From Candidatus Limnocylindria bacterium (GTDB taxonomy: Bacteria > Desulfobacterota > Binatia > DP-6), in contig DATMAZ010000092.1 in NCBI GenBank assembly GCA_035559675.1, positions 1 through 63,305 on the forward strand: DNA of 63,305 bases. The letters run 5' to 3'. The position numbers and the translations under genes are program-made. The notes below the pieces were generated by a model that worked only from the letters and a program-made list of their open reading frames with translations, was not told the origin of the DNA and did no database searches. Every line of letters starts with the position of its first letter. Position 1 is the first letter of the stretch. Of this stretch, positions 36,179 to 46,052 are shown piece by piece.

Positions 36179-36219
36179 GGCGGCGCTGGTATAGCGCGGC
36201 CCCGCCCGGGGGTCTACAT
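36060..36219. repeat. Direct repeat copy B (160 bp)
   Basis: See copy A. Ends 9 nt before the methyltransferase ATG. Confidence 0.9.
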
Positions 36220-36228
36220 GGACTGGAA

Positions 36229-36984
36229 ATGCGCGACGCCGAGATCGACGAGATGGCCCGGCTCGAAGACACCCACTGGTGGTTCGTCGGCAAGCGCATC
36301 CTGGTCGCGAGCGCGCTCGGTTCCGTGGCGGGCGGCCGCGCCCTCGACGTGGGCTGCGGCACCGGGCGGCTGGTGACGGAGCTCGGTCGGCGCTGGCGCT
36401 GCTACGGGACGGACGTGTCCCGGACGGCGCTGGCGCACTCGCTGCGCCGCGGGTGCGACGGGCTGGTGAACGCCGCGGCCGAACGGCTCCCGTTTCGTGC
36501 CGGCAGCTTCGTGCTGGTGACCGCCCTCGACGTGATCGAGCATGCCGACGACGACCGCGCGGTGCTGGCGGAGATTTGTCGCGTGCTCGTGCGCGACGGC
36601 ACGCTGGTGGTGTCCGTTCCGGCGGTGCCGGCGCTCTGGAGCGCGCACGACGTGGCCCTCGGACATCGCCGGCGCTACACGCGCCGCACGCTGCGTGCCG
36701 CGCTCGAAAGCGCCGGATTTATCGTCGTCAGTATGAGCTACACGAACACCGCGATCTTTCCCATCGCCGCCGCGGTGCGCCTGCTAAGCCGCCTGCGACC
36801 GCCGGCGCCCGGCTCGGAGAGCGACATGTTTCCGGTGCCCGCGCCGCTCAACCGCTTCCTCATCGCGCTCTACCGGATCGAGGCGATGCTCATCCGCCAC
36901 GTCTCGCTGCCGATCGGCGTCTCGTTGCTGGCCGTCGCAAAGCGCAGCGACGCGCCCCGCACTGCGGGTCCCGGCTCGGACTGA
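36229..36984 (+). CDS. Class I SAM-dependent methyltransferase
   Basis: HWWFVGKR, motif I LDVGCGTGRL, VLVTALDVIEHADDD, LVRDGTLVVSVP. Confidence 0.85.
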   Translation: MRDAEIDEMARLEDTHWWFVGKRILVASALGSVAGGRALDVGCGTGRLVTELGRRWRCYGTDVSRTALAHSLRRGCDGLVNAAAERLPFRAGSFVLVTALDVIEHADDDRAVLAEICRVLVRDGTLVVSVPAVPALWSAHDVALGHRRRYTRRTLRAALESAGFIVVSMSYTNTAIFPIAAAVRLLSRLRPPAPGSESDMFPVPAPLNRFLIALYRIEAMLIRHVSLPIGVSLLAVAKRSDAPRTAGPGSD

Positions 36985-37003
36985 CGCGGCCCCGCGCCGG
37001 CCG

Positions 37004-37738
37004 TCAGCCTCGACCGACCGTGCCCGCCTCGACGCGCGTGAGAAAGTCGATGGCCAGCGCGGCCACGCGCTCGCGCTCCACGTCCATGGTGATCACGTGC
37101 CAGCTCCGCTCGAGGAGATGCGTCTCGATGCACGGAGAGGCGCAGCGCCGGCGGAGCTCTTCCAGCACGCTCGGCGGCACCGAGCGATCGCGTCGCCCAT
37201 GGAGGGCGAGCACCGGCTGCGTGACCCTCGGCAGCGCCGCACGCGCCCGTGCGACCAGTGCCAGCAGCTCGCGGACGGCGCGCCAGGGAACGGCGTCGTA
37301 GGCGGGGCTGGCAGCCCGCGCGTCGGGATCCGAGATGCCGCGGTCGCCGCCCCGCGGGATGAGCGGCCAGCGCCGCGTGACACCAGGGATGCGCTCCATC
37401 ACCGGCAGCCAGCGGACCCAGCGATTGCGCAACCTGAGCGCGGCGCCACAAAGCACGAGCGCGTCGACCGGCTGTCGCCGCTCGGCCGCCGCCACCAGCG
37501 CCAGCAGGGCACCCATCGACATCCCCGCGATCGCCACGCGGTGCCCCTCGCGGCGCAGCGTGTTCACCGCGTCTTCGACGGCGCCGAGCCATTCGGCCGC
37601 ACCCACCTGCGAGAGCGCGATCGGCTCGATGCCGTGGCCGGGGAGCTGTACGCCGACCACCGGGAAGCCAGCCCGAGCCATCGCCGTCCCGAGCGGCCGC
37701 ATCTCCTCGGCGGTCGCCGTGAAGCCGTGCACCAGCAC
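37004..37738 (-). CDS. Alpha/beta hydrolase (carboxylesterase/lysophospholipase-like)
   Basis: LVHGFTATAEEM, nucleophile elbow GMSMGA, and a C-terminal HG...D/H region. The only canonical start (GTG 37738) leaves 2 residues before HGF. The frame is open and homologue-like for 23 more codons up to a CTG at 37807. Confidence 0.75.
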   Translation of the reverse strand: MLVHGFTATAEEMRPLGTAMARAGFPVVGVQLPGHGIEPIALSQVGAAEWLGAVEDAVNTLRREGHRVAIAGMSMGALLALVAAAERRQPVDALVLCGAALRLRNRWVRWLPVMERIPGVTRRWPLIPRGGDRGISDPDARAASPAYDAVPWRAVRELLALVARARAALPRVTQPVLALHGRRDRSVPPSVLEELRRRCASPCIETHLLERSWHVITMDVERERVAALAIDFLTRVEAGTVGRG

Positions 37739-37803
37739 GCAGGCGAACGGCCGGGTCCCCGGAAGGGCGAAGCCGCCGAACGCTGGGGTGCCGGTCGCTC
37801 GCG

Positions 37804-39699
37804 TCAGCTCGGCCCGAGCGCGTCCGCCCGCACGAGCAGCGCGCCGCTCTCCATCGCCTGCTGCTTCAAACCGTCGAGATAGCGCTCGTAGATCGCCCGG
37901 CGCTTGCGCTCGAGCAGGCTCTCCTGCAGCTGCGCCCTCTCGTTCTCGAACTGCGCCATGGTGGCGGGCTGCTGGCTCGCGAGCGCCGCGACCACGGCGT
38001 CGCCGGAGAGGTCGTAGACCTCGGGCGCCAGCGGCGCCGCTGGGGTGAGCGTGAACGCCGCCTCGCGCAACACCGGCGCCGCGCCCAGCGTCGGCACGGA
38101 ACCCGCACGACGGGCGAACAGTCCCGTCTCCTGCGTGGCGAGGCGGGCTTCCTCGGCCGCCGCGGCGAGCCCGACTTCGCGCGCGCGAGCCAAGAGCTTC
38201 TCCGCCTGCTCCTTCGCCCTTTTCGAGCCGATGGCCCGCTTGGCGTCGAATTCGACGCGGGCGCGGATGTCGGCCAGCGGCGGCACCGCGGGGCCCGTGC
38301 GCTCGAACGGCTGCAAGATGTAGATCGCGTCCCGTTCCTCGATCAGGTCGCTCACCTGGCCTTCGTCGAGCGCAAACGCCGCCTTGACGAACTCGGGTAC
38401 GCGGCCGAGGTCGGGCACGAGCGCCCCCTCGGCGAACGGCTTCGACTCGATCGGCGGTTTGCCCGCCGCCTCGGCGAGCGACTTGCCGCCGACGACCGCG
38501 CGCCGGACCTTGTCCGCGTCCTGGCGGGCGAGCTCGAGCCCGCGCTCGCGCGTGAGCTCGGCGACGATCTCGTCGCGCACCGCGGCCAGCTCCTGCACGC
38601 CGCCCGGGTCGCGCGCGTCGACCTTGATGATGTGGAAGCCGAAGGGCGTCTCGACCACGTCGCTCACCGTGCCGGCCTCGAGCGCGAATGCCGCCTGCTC
38701 GAAGGTCGGCTCCATGCGCCCCCGCGGAAACGCGCCGAGGTCGCCGCCGCGCGGTGCGCTGCCCGGATCGTCGGAGTGCTGCTTGGCGATCGAGGCGAAG
38801 TCTTCGCCGGCCTTCACGCGGGCGAGCAGCTCCTCGGCCCTTTTGCGTGCCGCGGCCCGGTCGGCGTCGCTGGCATCGGGCTCGACGCGCACCAGGATGT
38901 GCCGCGCCCGCACCTCCTCGGGCTTGGTGAAGCGGTCGTTCTTGTGGGCCTCGTAGAAGGCTTCGATCTGCGCGGGCGACGGGGCCGCCAGCTCCTGGTA
39001 GTCGGCGGGCGCGAAGGCGACGTAGCGGGCACGCGTCATGGGAGGGCCGACGTAGCGCTCCTGGTGCTTGCTCAGATAGTCGGCGAGCTCCGCCTCCGAC
39101 AGCGTGACGTCCCGCACCGCGTCGTCGGCGCTGATGCGCACGTAGAGGAGGCTCACCTGGTCGTTCTGGCTCCGATACTCGGCCTCCACTTCGGCCGGGC
39201 TCACCTGCACGCCGTCGATCATGAGGTCGCGGAAGCGGCGCGTCAGGATGTCCTGCCGTACCTCGTTCTCGAACTCGTCTCGCTCGCGCTGGAACTCGAG
39301 CACCCGCTCGAGCAGCTCGCGGTCGAAGCGCCCGTTGCGTTGCAGCTCCGGCATGGAGGTGATGGTTGCCACCAGCTCGGTTTCGGTCACGTCGAGCCCG
39401 AGGCGATCGGCCTCGTGCTGGATGAGAGCGGTCTCGATGAGGCCGTTTAGCGCCTGGCTGCGGAAGTCGATGCTGGGGAGGGTGGCCCCGCGGGTCATCT
39501 CCTGGAACCGCCGCTGCAGCGTCTCGGTCTCGCGGGCGAGCTCGGCCTGCGAGATGGCGCGGTCGTAGACCCGGGCCACGGTATTGAGCCGGGACATCTG
39601 GTACGTGCCGGCTCCCCAGAGCACGAACGTGAAGGCCAGCAGCAGGAAGAGTACCTTGATGGCCGTCGAGCGAGCCGAGTTGCGGAGAAAACGCAGCAC
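37804..39699 (-). CDS. ppiD: Periplasmic chaperone/peptidyl-prolyl isomerase PpiD-like (SurA_N + parvulin)
   Basis: N-terminal anchor VLRFLRNSARSTAIKVLFLLLAFTFVLWG (GTG 39699; the ORF opens at 39747). Parvulin block RARHILV...GGDLGAF...FGFHIIKV. Confidence 0.85.
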   Translation of the reverse strand: MLRFLRNSARSTAIKVLFLLLAFTFVLWGAGTYQMSRLNTVARVYDRAISQAELARETETLQRRFQEMTRGATLPSIDFRSQALNGLIETALIQHEADRLGLDVTETELVATITSMPELQRNGRFDRELLERVLEFQRERDEFENEVRQDILTRRFRDLMIDGVQVSPAEVEAEYRSQNDQVSLLYVRISADDAVRDVTLSEAELADYLSKHQERYVGPPMTRARYVAFAPADYQELAAPSPAQIEAFYEAHKNDRFTKPEEVRARHILVRVEPDASDADRAAARKRAEELLARVKAGEDFASIAKQHSDDPGSAPRGGDLGAFPRGRMEPTFEQAAFALEAGTVSDVVETPFGFHIIKVDARDPGGVQELAAVRDEIVAELTRERGLELARQDADKVRRAVVGGKSLAEAAGKPPIESKPFAEGALVPDLGRVPEFVKAAFALDEGQVSDLIEERDAIYILQPFERTGPAVPPLADIRARVEFDAKRAIGSKRAKEQAEKLLARAREVGLAAAAEEARLATQETGLFARRAGSVPTLGAAPVLREAAFTLTPAAPLAPEVYDLSGDAVVAALASQQPATMAQFENERAQLQESLLERKRRAIYERYLDGLKQQAMESGALLVRADALGPS

Positions 39700-39803
39700 G
39701 TAAGCAACCTCTCGGGCGAGACTGCTACAGGGGTCACCCCTTTTCAACCACGCGGCAGAGCTGCGGGCGGGCCCCGTTCATTGCCGGGCCAGCGCCTTTC
39801 TGA

Positions 39804-40859
<1,056 letters not shown>

Positions 40860-40883
40860 GGCGACGGGGCCCGGTCGGGCGCG

Positions 40884-41732
40884 ATGTTCGATTTTCTCCG
40901 TCGCAACCGATTTCCGCTCACGCTGGCGGCGCTCCTCGTGGTGGCCGGAGGGCTCGTGGTGAGCCGCAGCGGCGACCGCGTCCGCAACGACACGCTCGGC
41001 CGGCTGTTCATCGACGGTATGGCCCCGATCATGCGGGTCGCCACCGAGCTGGCGCACACCGTGGGCGGGGTCTGGAACGGCATCACCGGCGTGTTCCGGC
41101 TGCGCGACCAGGTGCGCTACCTGCGCCGAGAGCTGCGCGAGCAGAAGCGCGAGGTGGCGCGGTTGCGAGAGGTGCAGCTCGAGAACGAGCGGCTCCGCGA
41201 GCTGCTCGCGTTCCGGCCCGCGGTGGAGACGGAGGTGATCACCGCACGCGTCATCGGCGCCGACGCGCTCGGCCTCTCGCGCTCGCTCGCCATCGATCGC
41301 GGCACGCTCGACGGCGTGCGCAAAGGGGCGGCCGTGCTGGCCCCGGAGGGCGTGGTCGGCCGCGTGCTGCTCGCCGGGCGCCACGCGGCGCGCGTGCTGC
41401 TCATCACCGACCACAACAGCGGCATCGACAGCATCGTGCAGCGCACGCGCGCGCGCGGCATCGTCGAGGGCGTGCTCGGCGGCAGCTGCGGCCTCAAGTT
41501 CGTGAAGCGCACCGAGCGGCTCGAGGTGGGCGACCTGGTGGTGACGTCGGGGATGGACGGCATCTTCCCGAAGGGGCTGCCGATCGGCCGCATCGTGGCG
41601 ATCGACAAGCGCGGGCAGGGCCTCTTCCAGTACGCCACGGTCGAGCCGACGGTGGATTTCGCCCACCTCGAGGAGGTGCTGGTGGTGCGCGCGTCTCCCG
41701 CGCGGCTGCCGCCCGCGATCCCGTCGCCGTGA
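40884..41732 (+). CDS. mreC: Rod shape-determining protein MreC
   Basis: N-terminal TM, coiled coil LRRELREQKREVARLREVQLENERLRELL, VVTSGMDGIFPKGLPIG. Confidence 0.9.
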   Translation: MFDFLRRNRFPLTLAALLVVAGGLVVSRSGDRVRNDTLGRLFIDGMAPIMRVATELAHTVGGVWNGITGVFRLRDQVRYLRRELREQKREVARLREVQLENERLRELLAFRPAVETEVITARVIGADALGLSRSLAIDRGTLDGVRKGAAVLAPEGVVGRVLLAGRHAARVLLITDHNSGIDSIVQRTRARGIVEGVLGGSCGLKFVKRTERLEVGDLVVTSGMDGIFPKGLPIGRIVAIDKRGQGLFQYATVEPTVDFAHLEEVLVVRASPARLPPAIPSP

Positions 41733-42226
41733 TGACCAGCGCACTCGCCACCGCCTGGACCGCCGTGCTGGTGCTGCTCGTCCAGACGACGGTGCTGCCG
41801 TACCTGCGCCCGCTGGTGGGCGTCACGCCGAACCTGGTGCTCGTGCTCGCGGTCTACGTGGGGCTCCGCTACCCGGGCGCGCTCGGCGCGCTCGGGGTCT
41901 TCGTGCTCGGCTACTTCCTCGATACCTTCGCGGGCGCGACGCTCGGCTTCCAGACCCTCGGGCTGCTGCTCGTCTTCGCCGTGGCGTCGCTCGCGTCGAG
42001 CACGGTGCGCACGGACAGCGGCGGGCCGCTCATGGTGGTCGTCTTCGGCGCCGGGTGCCTCGACGCGCTGGCGGAGGCGGCGCTCTACCGGCTCGGGATC
42101 GGCGGCTCGCCCCCGTCGCTCGCCGTGCTACGCTACGGCCTCGGACAGGCCGCCGGCGCCGCGCTGCTGGCGCCGCTGGTGCTGCGGCTCGTCGGCTGGA
42201 GCGAGCGTATGCTGGGGGTGGAGTGA
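41729..42226 (+). CDS. mreD: Rod shape-determining protein MreD
   Basis: 165-aa protein with 5 TM helices directly after mreC (GTGATG overlap). Position conserved in the mreBCD-mrdA-rodA operon. Confidence 0.8.
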   Translation: MMTSALATAWTAVLVLLVQTTVLPYLRPLVGVTPNLVLVLAVYVGLRYPGALGALGVFVLGYFLDTFAGATLGFQTLGLLLVFAVASLASSTVRTDSGGPLMVVVFGAGCLDALAEAALYRLGIGGSPPSLAVLRYGLGQAAGAALLAPLVLRLVGWSERMLGVE

Positions 42227-44097
42227 TGGCGGCGTTCCGGCGGTTTCGGGTGATGCCGCGCGAGGTGCCTCCCGAGCTCGTGCGGCGCATCATGGTGGTG
42301 GGCGCGATGGCCACGCTCGGCATCGCGCTGCTCATCTCCCGCCTGTGGTTCCTGCAGCTCATCCGGGGCGACCAGATGCGCGCCACCTCCGAGAACAACC
42401 GCATCCGGCTCACCCGGCTGCCGGCGGCCCGTGGGCTGGTCTACGACCGCTACGGCGAACTGCTGGTCGACAATCGGCCGTCGTTCGACGTGGTGCTGGT
42501 GCCCGAGGACGCCCGCGACCGCGCCGCCACGCTCGACATGCTGGCCGCCAACCTGAAGGAGCCCGCCGAGGAGCTCGACCGGCGCATCCGGGCGCCCTCG
42601 CGCCGCCCGCCCTACGCCGGCATCGTGGTCGAGCGCGACGTCGAGTGGGACGACGTGGTCGCGCTCGAGACCCATCAGCTCGAGCTGCCGGGCGTCTCCA
42701 TCCAGGTGCAGCCGCGCCGCACGTATCCGCATGGCGAGCTGGCGTCGCATCTGCTCGGCTACGTGGGCGAGGCGAGCGACCGCGAGCTGGCGGACGATCC
42801 GCGCCGCCGTCCCGGTGACATCATCGGCAAGGGGGGCCTCGAGCGCGTGTGGGACGAGGAGCTGCGCGGGACCGCGGGCGGCCAGCAGGTCGAGGTCGAC
42901 GCGCTCGGGCGGCGGGTGCGCGTGCTCGAGGAGGTGCCGGACGTCCCGGGCGACACGCTGATCCTCACCATCGACCGCGACCTGCAGGCGTTCGCGGAGC
43001 AGGCGATGGGCGACCATCGCGGCGCCTTCGTGGCGCTCGACCCGCGCAACGGCGAGATTCTGGCGATGGTGTCCAAGCCCGCCTACGACCCGAACTGGTT
43101 CGCGCGCGGCATCCGGGCCTCGGAGTGGCGGCAGCTCACCACCGATCCGTGGCATCCGCTCACCAACCGCGCGACGCAGGGCACCTTCGCGCCGGGCTCC
43201 ATCTTCAAGGTCGCGGTCGCCGCCGGCTTGCTCGCCGAGCGCGTGGTCGACCGCCACACGCACGTCTTCTGCCCAGGCGGGACTCAGTTCGGCAACCGGT
43301 GGTTCCGGTGCTGGAACCGCAACGGGCACGGCAGCGTCGACCTGCACACCGGCATCATGCAGTCCTGCGACGTGTTCTTCTATCTGTCGGGGCAGCGGCT
43401 CGGGATCGATCGGCTCGCGGACTACGTGCGGCGCTTCGGCCTCGGCTATCCCACCGGCGTGGCGCTCCCGCACGAGGCGAGCGGCATCATCCCGGACAGC
43501 GACTGGAAGCGCCGGCGCTTCGATGCGCCCTGGTATCCGGGCGAGACGCTGTCGGTAGCGATCGGGCAGGGTTACGTCACCGTGACGCCGCTGCAGATGG
43601 CCGTCGTGGCCGCCACCATCGCCAACGGCGGGACGCGCTTTCGGCCGCAGTACGTGAAGCGCGTCGAAGCGCCGGACGGCACGCTGCGCCGGGAGATCAT
43701 GCCCGAGATCCTCGGCTTCGCGGACGTCGACGCCAGCGTGCTCGAGCAGGTGCGCGCCGGCATGCGCGACGTGGTGATGAGCGAGCGCGGCACGGGCAAG
43801 CGCGCCCGCGTGCCGGGCATCGCCGTGGCCGGGAAGACGGGCACGGCGCAGGTCGTGTCGTTGAACGAAGCCTCGGGCAAGGGCGGCCGCGAACGCACCC
43901 GCGACCACGCCTGGTTCATCGCTTATGCGCCGGCCGAGGCGCCGACCGTCGCGGTGGCGTGTCTCGTCGAGCACGCCGGCGGCGGTGGTGGCGCGATCGC
44001 CGCGCCCATCGTGGGGCAGGTGCTCGAGCGCTATTTCCATCGGACCGTGGGCCCGGCGCCGCCGCCCGCGAGGGAGGTGGCAGATGCCCGCCATTGA
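42226..44097 (+). CDS. mrdA: Penicillin-binding protein 2 (elongasome transpeptidase)
   Basis: TGATG overlap with mreD. RGLVYDRYGELLVDN, SxxK block PGSIFKV, SCDVFF (SxD variant), KTGTAQ. Confidence 0.95.
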   Translation: MAAFRRFRVMPREVPPELVRRIMVVGAMATLGIALLISRLWFLQLIRGDQMRATSENNRIRLTRLPAARGLVYDRYGELLVDNRPSFDVVLVPEDARDRAATLDMLAANLKEPAEELDRRIRAPSRRPPYAGIVVERDVEWDDVVALETHQLELPGVSIQVQPRRTYPHGELASHLLGYVGEASDRELADDPRRRPGDIIGKGGLERVWDEELRGTAGGQQVEVDALGRRVRVLEEVPDVPGDTLILTIDRDLQAFAEQAMGDHRGAFVALDPRNGEILAMVSKPAYDPNWFARGIRASEWRQLTTDPWHPLTNRATQGTFAPGSIFKVAVAAGLLAERVVDRHTHVFCPGGTQFGNRWFRCWNRNGHGSVDLHTGIMQSCDVFFYLSGQRLGIDRLADYVRRFGLGYPTGVALPHEASGIIPDSDWKRRRFDAPWYPGETLSVAIGQGYVTVTPLQMAVVAATIANGGTRFRPQYVKRVEAPDGTLRREIMPEILGFADVDASVLEQVRAGMRDVVMSERGTGKRARVPGIAVAGKTGTAQVVSLNEASGKGGRERTRDHAWFIAYAPAEAPTVAVACLVEHAGGGGGAIAAPIVGQVLERYFHRTVGPAPPPAREVADARH

Positions 44098-45187
44098 CCG
44101 CCGGCTGCTCACCCACTTCGAATGGCTGCTGCCGCTGCTGGTGCTGGCGGTCGCCACGCTCGGGATCCTCACGATCTACAGCGCGACCTGGACGCCGGCC
44201 ACGGTGGGGCCGCCGGCGCTCGCGATGCGGCAGCTCGCCTGGCTCGGCGCCGGCGTGGTGGCGATGCTGCTCGCCACGAGCTTCGACTATCGGCGGCTCG
44301 ACCATTCGGCGTACTTGATCTACGGGCTTTGCCTCGCGGCGTTGATCGCGGTGCCGCTCGTGGGCACGGTCGCGGGCGGCTCGCGCCGCTGGCTGCGCTT
44401 TGGTCCGATCGCCGTCCAGCCTTCCGAGTTCATGAAGCTCGGCATGATCGTGCTGCTGGCGCACTGGTTCTCGCGCAGCGAGCGGACGCACCATAACCTG
44501 CTGCAGGTCGCGCCGGCGCTCCTGCTGGTCGCCGTCCCGGCGGGCTTGATTCTCATGCAGCCGGATCTCGGATCCGCCGCGCTGCTCACCGTGGTCTCGC
44601 TCAGCATGATGCTCATGGCGGGCGTCCGCATGCGCTGGTTCGTGCTACTGGCGATGCCGCTCCTGGCCGTGGCGCCGTTCCTGTGGGGCTTCTTGAAGGA
44701 GTACCAGCAGCAGCGGATTCTCATGTTCCTCGACCCGACCAAGGATCCGCTCGGCGCCGGCTACCACGTCATCCAGTCCACCATCGCCGTGGGGTCGGGA
44801 ATGGTCTGGGGGAAGGGATGGCTCAAAGGCACGCAGAACCACCTCGACTTCCTGCCCGAGGAGCACACCGACTTCATCTTCTCCGTGTTCGCCGAGGAGC
44901 GCGGCTTCGTGGGCTCGTGCATGCTCATGCTGCTCTACCTGGCGATCATGCTGCGCCTGGTGGTGATCGCCGTGCGGGCCCGGGACCGCTTCGGGCTTTT
45001 GCTGGTGAGCGGGGTCCTGGCGACGATCCTCTGGCAGGTGATGGTGAACATCGGCATGACCACCGGGCTCTTGCCGGTGGTCGGGATCACGCTGCCGTTC
45101 ATGAGCTACGGCGGGTCGTCGCTGCTGTGCCTGCTGTTCGGCGCGGGGCTTGCGATGAACGTGTCGATGCGGCGGTTCCTGTTTTAG
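44084..45187 (+). CDS. rodA: SEDS peptidoglycan glycosyltransferase RodA
   Basis: QPSEFMKL, QPDLGSA, LPEEHTDFIFSVFAEE, LPFMSYGGSS. 14-nt overlap with mrdA. Confidence 0.95.
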   Translation: MPAIDRRLLTHFEWLLPLLVLAVATLGILTIYSATWTPATVGPPALAMRQLAWLGAGVVAMLLATSFDYRRLDHSAYLIYGLCLAALIAVPLVGTVAGGSRRWLRFGPIAVQPSEFMKLGMIVLLAHWFSRSERTHHNLLQVAPALLLVAVPAGLILMQPDLGSAALLTVVSLSMMLMAGVRMRWFVLLAMPLLAVAPFLWGFLKEYQQQRILMFLDPTKDPLGAGYHVIQSTIAVGSGMVWGKGWLKGTQNHLDFLPEEHTDFIFSVFAEERGFVGSCMLMLLYLAIMLRLVVIAVRARDRFGLLLVSGVLATILWQVMVNIGMTTGLLPVVGITLPFMSYGGSSLLCLLFGAGLAMNVSMRRFLF

Positions 45188-45197
45188 CCCTGTCAGC

Positions 45198-45238
45198 GTC
45201 GCCCGGTGCCCGGGTTCACCACCCGGGCACCGGGCGAC
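45198..45238. terminator. Bidirectional hairpin between convergent rodA and trxA
   Basis: Perfect 17-bp stem GTCGCCCGGTGCCCGGG / CCCGGGCACCGGGCGAC with a 7-nt loop. No U-tract (GC-rich I-shaped type). Confidence 0.6.
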
Positions 45239-45276
45239 AACCGAGCCGGCCCGAAACCGCCTCGCGACGAAGGAGC

Positions 45277-45600
45277 TCAGACGACCTGGCTGATCGCGTC
45301 GACCAGCCGCTTCTTCGGTACCGCGCCGACGATTTGCTCGCGTACGCTCCCCCCCTGAAACAGGATCAGGTTCGGGATGCCGCGCACGCCGTAGCGCTGC
45401 GGCGTCTGCGGGTTGTCGTCCACGTTCAGCTTGACGACCTTGATGCGGCCGGCGTACTCGCGGGCGAGCTCTTCCACGACGGGCGCGATGGCGCGGCACG
45501 GCGCACACCACGGTGCCCAGAAGTCGATCAGCACTGGAACGGGGCTCTGCAGTACCTCGGCCTCGAAGGACTGGTCCGAGATCTCCGTGACGTTCGCCAT
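45277..45600 (-). CDS. trxA: Thioredoxin
   Basis: 107 aa. VLIDFWAPWCAPCRAIAP (WCAPC variant of WCGPC), GIRGIPNLILF. Confidence 0.9.
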   Translation of the reverse strand: MANVTEISDQSFEAEVLQSPVPVLIDFWAPWCAPCRAIAPVVEELAREYAGRIKVVKLNVDDNPQTPQRYGVRGIPNLILFQGGSVREQIVGAVPKKRLVDAISQVV

Positions 45601-45658
45601 GGCTCTCGTCTACCAGAGGGGGTGGGCCGTGGGAAGGCGGTGGCGCTATAGTGGGCGC

Positions 45659-46045
45659 GTGGCCACGCCCGACGAGATTCGGACCCTGTTCGATCGCCGC
45701 CGTGCCGCCTGGCTGCGCGAGGATCTGCCGGCCTACCTGGCCTGCTTCGCCGACGACCTCGTGTTCGCCTCGCCGGTGCACGATCCGCCGCTCGTGGGGC
45801 TGCCGGCGTTCGCCGATCTCGTGCGTCGCTCGAGCGCCGCGCTGCGCCCCGAGAGCTTCGACGTGCACGCGCTGGCGGTCGACGGCGAGCAGGTGCTCGC
45901 CGAGTGGACGATCACGGTCGAGGCGCGCGCGGGCGGGCGGCGGATCCGCTGGCGCGGCATGAGCATCGCGACCTACCGTCCCGACGGTCGCATCGCGACC
46001 TGGCGCGAGTACTGGAACCCGGCCGATCTCACGGCCACTGCCTAG
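45659..46045 (+). CDS. SnoaL/NTF2-like fold protein
   Basis: DEIRTLFDRRRAAWLREDLPAYLACFADDLVF ... WRGMSIATYRPDGRIATWREYWN. GTG 45659 chosen; the ORF track opens much earlier, antisense to trxA. Confidence 0.6.
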   Translation: MATPDEIRTLFDRRRAAWLREDLPAYLACFADDLVFASPVHDPPLVGLPAFADLVRRSSAALRPESFDVHALAVDGEQVLAEWTITVEARAGGRRIRWRGMSIATYRPDGRIATWREYWNPADLTATA

Positions 46046-46052
46046 CCGGTCG

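Noticed and set aside
45598-45601. The same CATG start-codon overlap between trxA and the SnoaL-like ORF.
   Set aside because: The 20-residue extension (MALVYQRGWAVGRRWRYSGR) is Arg/Trp-rich and unlike NTF2-fold N-termini. GTG 45659 is the more plausible start.
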